Made by a program: the position numbers and the translations under genes. Source: Candidatus Latescibacterota bacterium (lineage in GTDB: Bacteria > Krumholzibacteriota > Krumholzibacteriia > WVZY01 > JAKEHA01). From it: DNA of 64,000 bases. Each line of letters opens with the position of its first letter. Position 1 is the first letter of the stretch. The notes under the pieces are model-generated. The model saw only the letters and a program-made list of their open reading frames with translations. It did no database searches and was not told the origin of the DNA. The DNA is taken from contig OY970173.1 in assembly GCA_963707635.1 (NCBI GenBank), forward strand, positions 64,001-128,000. The letters are read 5' to 3'. Shown here piece by piece: positions 20,318-30,651 of this stretch.

Positions 20318-22721
20318 CTACCGCGTGATCACCATCTTGCGTGTCACCGTCGAGCCCGCCGCCGTCACGCGATAGAAGTACACACCGCTCGCCAGCGGCT
20401 CGCCCTGGTCGTTCACACCCGAGAGCGACACCTTCTGCCGAACCCTTCATCCCCGCCTGCTGGACCTCCCGCACTCGCCGGCCCGCCACGTCGTACACCT
20501 CGATCGTGATTGCTTCCGCCGACGGTAACCCGATCTCAACCTCCGTCGTCCCCGCGAATGGATTCGGATAGTTCTGCAGCACCGTGAGAGCAGAGGCAGG
20601 CGGCGTCCTGCCTACCCCCGTGGTCGCCCCCACGTTCGCCTCGTTCGACGGCGTGCTCTGGTTTCCGTGCACGTCGCTCGCGGTGACGATGTAATAGAGC
20701 GCGCTCGCGGGTGCGCCGCTGTCCACCAACACCGTGTCGCCGACGCTCGACAGGAAGTTGACGGGCACTGCCGTCACCCCCGAAGAAGTTGCCCGGTACA
20801 CCACGTAGTTCTTCAGATCCGTCACGCGCACGCGGTTCCACTTGAGCTGCACATCCGCGCCCGCGCGCTGCGCGGTCAAGAACAGCGGTGCTGTCGGTGC
20901 CAGGTTGTCCACCGAATGCCCGCTCATCACGTTCGACGGCCAGAATGTATATCCATCGCTCGTCTCCGAAATCACTATGAAGTGATGCTGCGCGAGGCCC
21001 TGAACCGTCGAGTCCGCGCGCGTCGACGTGCTGAAGCTGTAGGTCGGGAAATACTTGGCGTCCTGATTACCGACCCACTCCCAGTAATAGTCGGTCAGGG
21101 GCCCATGCTGGACCCAGAATGCTTGGCCCTGAAAATCGGCCGGGACACGCAAGGGTTCGGCACCGCCGTACGTAACTGCCTCTGCACTCTGCATCACCGC
21201 CGCGTCAGTTGCCCTCCATACCGAGTAGTGGCTGATCGTGCGCAGGTTCAATTGATCCCAGTCACCCGCCTTCCAGTTCACCTTCACCTTGCCCCCCTGA
21301 TCCCCCCGCACGTCAGCCACCGAGGTGATCATCGGTTCCGGGTGCCCCCAGTACCCGTATCGAAATTCCACCCGCTGCGCGTAGACGTCGTACGTGCTGC
21401 CGCTTCGATAGTCGAGCCATGTCACGATCGCCCCGCCCGAACCGTCCGACACAATCGTGGGGTAGGACTGGCCGCCCGCCGCGGTGCACAGGGCCACTCC
21501 ATCGCCCGTCCACTGCACTGCGCCCGACGGGCTCACCCGCTGCGCGTAGACGTCGTACGTGCTGCCGCTTCGAGAGTCGTACCACGTCACGATCGCCCCG
21601 CCCGAACCGTCCGAGACAATCGTGGGGTAGGACTGGCCGCCCGCCGCGGTGCACAGGGCCACTCCGTCGGCCGTCCACTGCACCGCACCCGAGGCGTTCA
21701 CCCGCTGCGCGTAGATGTGGTAAGGACCGCTTCGATTGTCGTGCCACGTCACGACCGCACCGCCAACACCGTCCGAGACGATCTTCGGGGAGGTTTGGTT
21801 GTTCGCCGCGGTGCACAGGGCTATTCCGTTGCCCGTCCACTGCAGCGCCCCCGACGCGTTCACCCGCTGCGCGTAGATGTCGGGGGTGCCGCTTCGCCAG
21901 TCGAACCACGTCACGATCGCCCCGGTGGAACCATCCGAAGCGATCGTGGGGTCTTCCTGATAGTTCGCCGCGGTGCAGAGGGCCACTCCATCGCCCGCCC
22001 ACTGCACCGCACCCGAGGCGCTCACCCGCTGCGCGTAGATGTCGTAGTTGCCATTTCGATTGTCCTCCCACGTCACGATCGCCCCGCCGGAACCGTCCGA
22101 GACGATCATGGGAGTAAGTTGATCGTTCGTCGCGGTGCAAAGGGCCACCCCATTGGCCGTCCACTGCACCGCGCCCGACGCGTTCACCCGCTGCGCGTAG
22201 ATGTCGCCAACAACTCCGGGTCGAGCGTCTTGCCACGTCACGATCGCCCCGCCGGCACCGTCCGAGACGATCGTCGGGGAAACCTGCTGGTCCACCGCGG
22301 CACACAGGGCCACGCCGTTGGCCGTCCACTGTACCACCCCCGACGCGTTCACCCGCTGCGCGTAGATGTCGTAATCGCCATTTCGATTGTCCTGCCACGT
22401 CACGATCGCCCCCCCGGAACCGTCGGAGACGATCGTGGGGAAGGACTGGATGTTCGCCGCCGTGCATATGGCCATTCCATCGGCCGTCCACTGCACCGCA
22501 CCCGAGGCGTTCACCCGCTGCGCGTAGATGTCGGCGGTGCCGCTTCGATTGTCTTGCCACGTCACGATCGCCCCCCCGGAACCGTCCGAGATGATCGTGG
22601 GGGTATCCTGATTGCCCAAGGCGGTCGAGACCGCGGCACCATCCGGCTGCCACTGCGCTCGACTGATGCTCGGATGAACGAGAGTCGACAAAACGAAAAG
22701 GGATACCGAAAGCGTTTTCAT
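20318..22721 (-). CDS. Secreted 8-repeat beta-propeller protein with FlgD-Ig/T9SS-type C-terminal domain (paralog 3; frameshift in the tail)
   Basis: Signal peptide, eight repeats, QNYPNPF; the tail ASGVYFYRVTAAGSTVTRKMVITR* is in another frame and ends at TAG 20318. Confidence 0.85.
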
Positions 22722-22741
22722 CTTTGGCCTCGTTTCGCGTT

Positions 22742-22890
22742 CTACTTCAGCAGCACCATCTTCTTGGTGTCGACGAACTCACCTGCGCTCATCCGGTAGA
22801 AGTACACACCGGACGCGACGCGACCCCGGCCGTTGTCATCCCCGTGCCACGTCACCGACCAGCGCCCGCCCGGCCGGTGTCGACGACCAG
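22742..22890 (-). pseudogene. Orphan FlgD-Ig/T9SS C-terminal domain fragment
   Basis: [39 protein letters not shown] with no upstream body; the preceding gene already ends at 22963 with its own tail. Confidence 0.75.
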
Positions 22891-22962
22891 GTCGGAGCTC
22901 GCGATACTCGGAGGGCTCTCGCGTTAAGGACAAGCTTATCACGAGCGCTGGGCCGACGCAAC

Positions 22963-25363
22963 CTACCGAGCGATGACCATCTTTTTGGTAACGGTTTGTC
23001 CGTTGGCCGTGACGCGATAGAAATACACCCCGCTCGCGAGAGGCTTTCCACCGTAGTCAACGCCCACGAATGCAATCGATCGCCAGCCCGCAGCGGCTTC
23101 GCCGACCGCGATGGCACGAACCCGCCGCCCCGACACGTCGAACACGTCGATCGAAATGTCCGACTTGGCCGGCAAGCCGACTTGGAAGTCCGTCCGACTG
23201 CTGAACGGGTTCGGATAATTTTGCAACACCGTGAGCGCCGTAATCGCGGGCGTGTTCCCCACGTTCGTCGTCGCCCCGACACTCGCCTCGTTCGAGGGCG
23301 CACTCTGGTTCTCGTGCACGTCGTAGGCAGTCACGATGTAGTAGAGCACCATCGGCGGTGCGTTGACGTCGACAGCCAGGGTGTCATCCGAGCTGGCAAG
23401 GAAGTTAACCGGCACCGGCGTCACTCCGTTCGCACTCGCGCGATACACCGAGTAGTCGCGTAGGTCCGGCGCCTTCGCTCGATTCCAGCGCAGCTGCACG
23501 TCGGCCCCGGCGCGCTGCGCGATGAGCATCAAGGGCGCCGGCGGCGCGAGATTGTCGACGGAGTGCCCGCTTATCACGTTGGAATCGAAGAACAAGAAGG
23601 CGTCGTTCGTTTGCGCACTGACGAAGAAGTGCTCCGTCGCTCCCCCCTGGCCCGTCGAGTCGGCGCGCGTCGGTGCGCTGTACGTGTACGCGGTGCGGTA
23701 GTGCGCGTCCTGATTGCCCACCCACTCCCAGTAGTAGTCACTCGTCGGCAGATGCTGGGTCCATACCGCTTTCCCCTGGAAATCCGCCTCGATGTCCGAT
23801 GGACTCTGGACTGTTGTTCTCTGGCTGGCCGCTTCCAGCGCCGCCGCCGCATCGGTCGCGCGCCAGATCGAGTAGTGTGTGATGACGTGGTTGTCGAACG
23901 CGTCCTGGTCGCTGGCCTTCCAGTTCACCTTGACCTTGCCGCCCTGATCGCCGCGAATGTCGGCGACGGAGGTGATCGTCGGCTCGGGGTGCCCCCAGTA
24001 CCCGCGTTCTTCGACTCGTTGCGCATAGATGTCGGAGTAGCCGTCACGATTATCGAGCCACGTAACGTATCGCCCCGCCGGCACCGTCCGGGGCGATCGT
24101 CGGGAAGGCCTGATCCCACGCAGCGGAACCCAGAACAACACCGTTCGACGCCCACGGCACTGCGCCCGTTGCCATCACGCGCTGCGCGTAGACATCGTAG
24201 TTGACGCCACTTCTACCGTCCCACCAGGTCACGATCGCTCCGTTGGCGCCGTCCGGAGCGATGGAGAGGTTGTGCACATCCCCGTCGCACAAAGCGACGC
24301 CATTCGCCGCCCATTGCATCCCACCGAATGAGGTCACGTGCTGCGCGTAGACGTCGGTAGGCCAACTTCGATTGTCCTCCCACGCGACAATCGCCCCACC
24401 CGCTCCATCCGAGACGATCGTGGGATTAAACTCCTGGTGCGTGGCATAGCAGACGAAAACTCCGTCCGCCGCCCACTGAACGGCCCCCGAGGCGTTCACC
24501 CACTGCGCAAAAATGTCGGAACCGCTGCCGCTTCGATTGTCCTGCCAGGTCACAATCGCTCCCGCGGCGCCGTCCGAGGCGATCGCGCAATTGATCTGGT
24601 TGTACCCCGCCGCGCCCAGGGCCACACCGTTTGCCGCCCATTGAACCGTCCCCGAGGCATTGACCCGCTGCCCATAGATGTCGAAATCGAGGCCGCGAAC
24701 GTCCTGCCAGGCGACGATCGCTCCGCCGACCCCATCCGAAACGATGGCGGGATTCTCCTGGGCGCCGGTCGCGGTACAGAGCGCGACGCCGTTGGCCACC
24801 CACTGGACCGTACCGGCGGCGTTGATCCGCTGCGCGAAGATATCGGTAAGAACGAGACTTCGCCGGTCCACCCAGGTCACGATCGCTCCACCCGCCCCAT
24901 CCGTGACGATGGTGGGGGCAAACTGGGGGCCCAAGGCAGCGCACAGCGCGACTCCGTTTGCTCCCCACTGCACCGCGCCCGCAGCATTGATCCGCTGTGC
25001 ATAGATGTCGTAGACGTCGTTTCGCGCGTCCTCCCAGGTCATGATCGCCCCACCCGCCCCGTCCGCAACGATCTGGGGCAGAGTCTGTTCGTTCGGGCTG
25101 GTGCACACAGCGACGCCATTGGCGCTCCACTGGACGGTACCCAACGGGCTCACTCGCTGGACATAGATGTCGTTGTCGCCATTTCGACTATCTTGCCACA
25201 CGACGATCGCCCCACCGGCGCCGTCCGAGACGATCGTCGGGTAGATCTGGCTATTCGCGGCCGTACACAGAGGGTTTCCGTCGAATACCCACTGGGCCCG
25301 GCTAATGGCGGGGACAGAAACCGTTGCGAAAACAAGAAGTGAAAACGCGACCCCGGTTTTCAT
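22963..25363 (-). CDS. Secreted 8-repeat beta-propeller protein with FlgD-Ig/T9SS-type C-terminal domain (paralog 2; frameshift near 24070)
   Basis: MKTGVAFSLLVFATVSVPAISRAQW signal and eight repeats; ORFs 24050..25513 and 22963..24141 join at the eighth GGAI/VTW. Confidence 0.85.
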
Positions 25364-25388
25364 AGAGGCCTCCTTCCGGGCTTCTCTT

Positions 25389-28300
25389 CTACTTGAGCAG
25401 CACCATCTTCTTCGTGTCGACGAAACTCCCCGCGCGCATCCGGTAGAAGTACACGCTCGACGCAACGCGCTGGCCGTGATCGTCATCGCCGTTCCATTGC
25501 ACCGACCACGCACCCGGCGCGCGATGCTCGTTCGACGAGCTCGCGCACGAGACGACCGGCCACATCGTATATCGAGATGTTCACGTCGGCTCCGCCCGCC
25601 GGAACGTCGTACGGATGGTCGTGATCGGGTTGAACGGATTGGGAACGTTCGGGTGCAGCGCGAACGACTGCGGCGAGCGGCGTGTCATCCACACCCGTCG
25701 TCGTCACCGCGCCGATCACGAATGGGGAGCAAGGTCGTTACGTGACCGCATATCGTGTTGTTCACCAGGTCTCGCGATGTGGTCACGTTGACCCACATCG
25801 AGCCGTCGTAGTGCAGGAGCACCAGGTTCGCTTCCGGTCCCGGAATGTTGCTCTCGTCGTAGTTGAGGCAGACGTCGACGCCGCCGGTGTAGGATGCGTC
25901 GGTTGTGATGTTGTAGTAGATCTGCGGATCGTTGGGGTTACCGATCGAAAAACCCGAGACCGGCATTGGAGGCGTGAACGGGTTCGTGATGTAGGTGTTG
26001 CCTGCGGACGTCACGTTGGCGAATGTCGCCGTCCCGTACACGCTTCCACTTACGTTCATGAGGGTCACAGCCTGTGACGAGCCGGAGCCCGTGTTCTGGT
26101 AAGCGACAAAATACGACACTTCCGACGTGTTGCCGGCCATGTCGGTTGCCGTGGCGTTGATCGCAGCGGCGGGGGGAATTCGGCCCCGCGGGCGAAAATG
26201 TGAACGGCGCGGACCCGTTTCCGTCCAGCGTGACGAGCGCCCCACCGATGTAGTGCCCGGCATTCAGGCAGCAGTCCGGCGACCAGTAGAAGTGGAGATA
26301 CAGCGGCACATTCGGTGCTCCATCCATGGTACCGCTGATCTGACTCCCCGCGGCCGATGACAGAACGGGATAGTTTTGCGTTCGGTTCGGCCCTTCGTCG
26401 GCATCGAGCTGGTCGTTGTTGCTGTACCAGTCGTTGCCGAGATCGATCGACAACCCCGTGTTCCCGAGCATCGAGTTGCCGGCGACGAAGTTGTTGATGC
26501 TGCCGTCGTCCTGCACGACGACGCCCTTGTAGTTGTTCATGATCAGGTTGCCTTCAGCGGGGTTCAGGCTCGTTCCTATTGTGCTCGACCCGATGCGCGA
26601 TCCCGTGGCGTTATTGAAAACATGGATGCCAAACTGGTTAGCGATGTTTGTCACCCCGTCTGCACCGACGCCGATGTAGTTTCCGTACACCTCCGCATTC
26701 GTGGCACCGTAAATGTGGACTCCCGCGTCGAAGCTGTAACCGATCACGTTGCGCGCCGCGGGGCTCGATCCCCCGACGCGACAGTGATCGCCAAGGATGA
26801 CAATGCCGCTGTTCTGCATGAAAAGTGAGTTCTGCACCCCCGTGTGATCGGTGCCGATGTAGTTGCCCTCGATGACGACGTCGGACGCCTCGACGGAAAT
26901 ACAGGACGAGAAACCGCTGATCGCGACACCACGCACCGCGCCCGTGGCCTGGAAGTCCAAGCCCGTCTGGAAGAGCGGCCATCCCGCTATTTCGACCTGG
27001 ATCTGCGCGTTCGACGCGCTGCCGACCGGGTTCGTGTTGGGAGATGCTCCGGGCTGCGTGAACCCGTCGACGGTGAGCGCGTCGGTAATGACCGGAATCG
27101 CCGGAGCAAAAACTTCGATCATGTGTGGCCCGGAGCCCGGAATGTCAAAACGAATCGTCTGCTGGCCGGGAATCGCGTTGGCCTGCACGATGGCTTCCAT
27201 CAACGTACCGGTCACGAAATCGTCGGCAATGGAATTGACGGTGAAGGACGTGGCGTGACCGTTGCTCAACACGCGCTCCCCGTAGACATCGCGGTTGCCC
27301 GACCGCGGGTCATTCCACACGACCACGGCCCCACCGTACCCGTCCCCGGCGATGGCAGCATAGGACTGGTCGCCCAGCGCCGAGCACAGCACCACACCGT
27401 TCGCCGTCCATTGTGGAGCTCCCGTCGTGCTTACACGCTGAGAGTAGACATCGAACGTTGCACCGCGGCCATCCTCCCATGAAATGACGGCACCACCGGC
27501 TGCATCCGAAGCAATGGTGGGAAACTGCTGATCTCCCGTCGCCGTGCACACCGCGACGCCGTCAGCGACCCACTGCGCGACCCCGACGCCGTTCATGCGC
27601 TGCGCGTAGATGTCGAACCCGCCATTACGGGTGTCGTCCCAGGAAAGGATGGCCCCGCCGGAGCCGTCCGCGACGAGGCCGCCGATGAGCCCGTCCTGGG
27701 CCTCGAGGCCGGGTGCGGTGCAAACCGCGACGCCGTTGGCAGTCCAGCTAACAACCCCGAGGGCGCCAATTCGCTGCGCGTAGATGTCGTCGTAGTCCAT
27801 CTGCCAGGCGATGATGGCGCCGCCGGACCCGTCCGCGACGATCTCCGGGAATTGCTGGTCCCCGGGTCCCGCGCAGATCACCACGCCGGTCGATGCCCAC
27901 AGCACGCTCCCCACCGAATTCACGCGTTGCGCGTAGACGTCGTAACCGTTCGGCGCAGTGCGGTTGTCCATCCACGTGATGATGGCCCCACTGGCGCCGT
28001 CGGTGGCAATGTTGGCAAAATACTGCGTGCTCGGCAGGGCGTTGATCACAACCCCGTCAGCGGTCCAGAGCACGCTGCCCGCGGCACTGATCCGCTGCGC
28101 GTAAATGTCGGTGTTGGGAAAGCCGGCGCGATAGTCGGTCCAGGTCACGATGGCGCCGCCCCCTCCGTCTGGCGTGATGAAAGGGTAGATCTGGCTTCCC
28201 GAAGCGGTACAAAGGGCGACGCCGTTCGTCGTCCAGAGTACCGCGCCGCTGGAATTGATCCGCTGGGCGTAGACGTCGAAGGCACCGGACCGTTGGTCCT

Positions 28301-28631
28301 GCCAGACCACGATCGCGCCGCCGCTGCCGTCGGGAATGATGCGTGGGTCGAATTGGTCCTGCGTCGCGCTGCAGACGACCACACCGTCGGCGGCCCACTG
28401 GGGGGAACCACCAGCGTCCAGGTGCTGCACGTAGATATCGAAGTCGCCGGCCCGGTTATCGGCCCAGACGATCGTCGCGCCCCCCGCGTAGGAGATCACG
28501 CCGGGAGCGGCCTGGTCTCCCGTGGCCGTGCACACCGCGACGCCATCGATGGTCCATTGCGCCCGCGCTGGATGGGCGGCAAGGAGAACGAGCAGCGAAA
28601 GCGGACCGAATGAACGATGGAACGCTTTCAT
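25389..28631 (-). CDS. Secreted 8-repeat beta-propeller + parallel beta-helix protein with FlgD-Ig/T9SS-type C-terminal domain (paralog 1; several 3' frameshifts)
   Basis: [26 protein letters not shown] signal, eight repeats, FTVNSIADD...[16 protein letters not shown] repeats; continues through ORF 25685..26263 to ...[11 protein letters not shown] at 25389. Confidence 0.8.
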
Positions 28632-28706
28632 GATGGGGCCTCCTGGTGAGGCGGATTCACTCCGTGGACTCGGCGTCGGCCACCGGGCCGGGCCTGATTG
28701 TCCGTT

Positions 28707-28742
28707 GATCAATAGGACGCATCCAACCGGCGAACCGACACG
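28707..28742 (-). promoter_or_regulatory. Candidate ECF-sigma promoter CGTGT-N18-CGTCCTATTGATC
   Basis: Matches 12758-12793 in sequence and spacing; sits just after a terminator and upstream of the propeller array. Confidence 0.6.
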
Positions 28743-28753
28743 GCGCAGATGAC

Positions 28754-28784
28754 AAAAAAAAGGGCCGGCGGCGTCCGCCGGCCC
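28754..28784 (-). terminator. Intrinsic terminator
   Basis: Minus strand GGGCCGGCGG-ACG-CCGCCGGCCC followed by T8, 25 nt after the stop at 28809. Confidence 0.9.
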
Positions 28785-28808
28785 CATTGCAGAACCCCCT
28801 CGTTCGTC

Positions 28809-30560
28809 CTATGCGGCCGCTGCCGTCACCTTGGCGCGCAACCAGCCTTCTCTTTCCATCCGCTCGGCCACGTGCAGCACGAAGTTCGCCGCCTTGCCGA
28901 TCACGTCGTCGCGCTTGGGGACCACGTAGAGCGCTTTCTTCATCTCCGGGTGCTCGTCGACGTAGGCCTTGAGCTCCTCGAGGGTGCGGCCGGTTCTTGC
29001 CACGCACTCCGCGAATTCCTGCTTGGCCTTGATGCGCGCGTTGCCGAGCGCCATCTGCACGCGCGAGTGCGCGTTGATCTCGCCTTCGCCGGAGGTCTCG
29101 ATCGGGAGGTAGATCATGTCCTTGTAGTGCTCGGTCACCGCCGCCTGCGCGCCGTCCGACTGCGTGCTCGGCATGCACCCGAAGGGCTTGAGGGAAAGCA
29201 CCATGTGTGCGATGCCCTTGTTCGAGTAGTAGATGTTCTTCGCCACCTCGAGGTGCCCCTCGCCGCCGCCGGCGCGCGAGTTGTAGTACGGGTGCCCCAT
29301 GCGCTGGAGCTCGTACTGGCACACCAGCTCGTGGAGGATCCCGCCACCGAGCGCTTCCTGAAGTTTCGTGTACTCGCGCTGGAAGATCTTCTCGGCGAGC
29401 GTCATGCGCGCGTAGCGTTTGCGGAAGCGCGCCTCGACCGCAAGGCGGCGGTGCGGCTCGCGCGTCCATGCGGGCATCTCCGCCTTGTCCTCGATGCCCT
29501 TGCGATCGCGGAGCTTCTGTTTGAACTGGTGGATCATGTACATGATCCAGGTACCGATCGGCTCGACGATCACCTCGGCGCCCTCGCGCTCGAGGAAGCG
29601 GAACATGTTGTAGTTGCCGTCGCCCTCGGTGGTCTGGGCCCAGAACTCGCCCGTGATCTTGACGATCGGCTTCACGCGGAAGCGGTCGACGTCGATGTCG
29701 GCCAGCTGGTCCCGCACCTTGTGGAGCGCATCGGTGTAGTACGAGCTGGTGAGCTGGCGCGTGAACTTGACGGCGTAGTCGGCCTGGCTGTAGAGCCCGG
29801 CGCGGCGGAGGATCTTCTCCACGCCGTCGCCCACCCGTGCCTTTGGTTCTTTCTTGAGCGCCTCGGCCAGGTACTCGCGTCCCTCGTCGAGCACGTTGTT
29901 GGTACGGCCCTCCTCGGTCTCGAACGGCCGGATGAGGTAGCCGATTTCGTTGAGCATGTCGCCGATGTTCATCGAATTGAGCATGGCCAGGAAGAACTCC
30001 AGGTTCATCTCGAGGCCCGCGTTCACGTCCTCCTGCGAGAGACCCTTCGATTGCTGGAAGAGGATCACGCGGAAGTCCTCGAAGCCGGAGTTGCGCAGCG
30101 CCAGCCGGTACTCGGCCTCGTACATCCCGAAGCGGCACGGTCCGCACGCGCCCGCGGTAATGAACACGTAGTCGTTCGAAATCTGCTCGCGCGTGAGTCC
30201 CTTCGCCTCGAGGCCCTGGAGGTGTTGCACCAGATTCCCGACCGTGAAGTAGGTGGGATTGCACTGGCCGTTGTTGCCGTACTCCTTGCCGAGTTGAAAC
30301 GCTTTCACGTCGGGCGTGGCGACGACGTCGCACTTGTAGCCCAGCCCTTCCCACGCGCCCTTGATGAGACGCTCGTGGCTCCACGTGAGCCCGCCGAAGA
30401 GCACGGTCGTGTACGGTCGCTGGTCGCGCGTGAAGCCGCGTTCGACCGGGCGCTTGAAGTGCTGGATCGGCTTCTTGGTGCGGCTCGCGGCCGCCGATGC
30501 GGCGTGGTGTGACGGCGATGGGGCGGCGGGCTTCTGGAGCTGGGTCAGATCGGCGCTCAT
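28809..30560 (-). CDS. 2-hydroxyacyl-CoA dehydratase/activase-partner family protein
   Basis: GKEYGNNGQCNPTYFTVGNL, TAGACGPCRFGMYEAEY, GEFWAQTTEGDGNY and LKPFGCMPS motifs; GGAGG RBS before ATG 30560. Confidence 0.8.
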   Translation of the reverse strand: MSADLTQLQKPAAPSPSHHAASAAASRTKKPIQHFKRPVERGFTRDQRPYTTVLFGGLTWSHERLIKGAWEGLGYKCDVVATPDVKAFQLGKEYGNNGQCNPTYFTVGNLVQHLQGLEAKGLTREQISNDYVFITAGACGPCRFGMYEAEYRLALRNSGFEDFRVILFQQSKGLSQEDVNAGLEMNLEFFLAMLNSMNIGDMLNEIGYLIRPFETEEGRTNNVLDEGREYLAEALKKEPKARVGDGVEKILRRAGLYSQADYAVKFTRQLTSSYYTDALHKVRDQLADIDVDRFRVKPIVKITGEFWAQTTEGDGNYNMFRFLEREGAEVIVEPIGTWIMYMIHQFKQKLRDRKGIEDKAEMPAWTREPHRRLAVEARFRKRYARMTLAEKIFQREYTKLQEALGGGILHELVCQYELQRMGHPYYNSRAGGGEGHLEVAKNIYYSNKGIAHMVLSLKPFGCMPSTQSDGAQAAVTEHYKDMIYLPIETSGEGEINAHSRVQMALGNARIKAKQEFAECVARTGRTLEELKAYVDEHPEMKKALYVVPKRDDVIGKAANFVLHVAERMEREGWLRAKVTAAAA

Positions 30561-30594
30561 GACGACCTCCTGATCGCGGGGTGAATCCGGCGTC

Positions 30595-30651
30595 AGTATT
30601 ACCAATCGACCGGCGCGCTGCAATCAAATAGTGGACGGGGCTTCCACTATT
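30595..30651 (-). promoter_or_regulatory. Promoter (TTGCAG-N17-AATACT) with perfect palindrome AATAGTGGA-N7-TCCACTATT
   Basis: Palindrome at 30627-30651 just upstream of the -35 (30623-30618); may also act as a hairpin after the upstream gene's stop. Confidence 0.6.

Noticed and set aside
18084..21665. Near-identical copies as a DGR template/variable region pair
   Set aside because: No reverse transcriptase in the window, both copies are coding, and the differences I saw are indels and scattered substitutions.
18900..28560. ~162-bp tandem repeats as a CRISPR array or non-coding repeat
   Set aside because: They are in-frame coding repeats of propeller blades, with no repeat-spacer structure and no cas genes.
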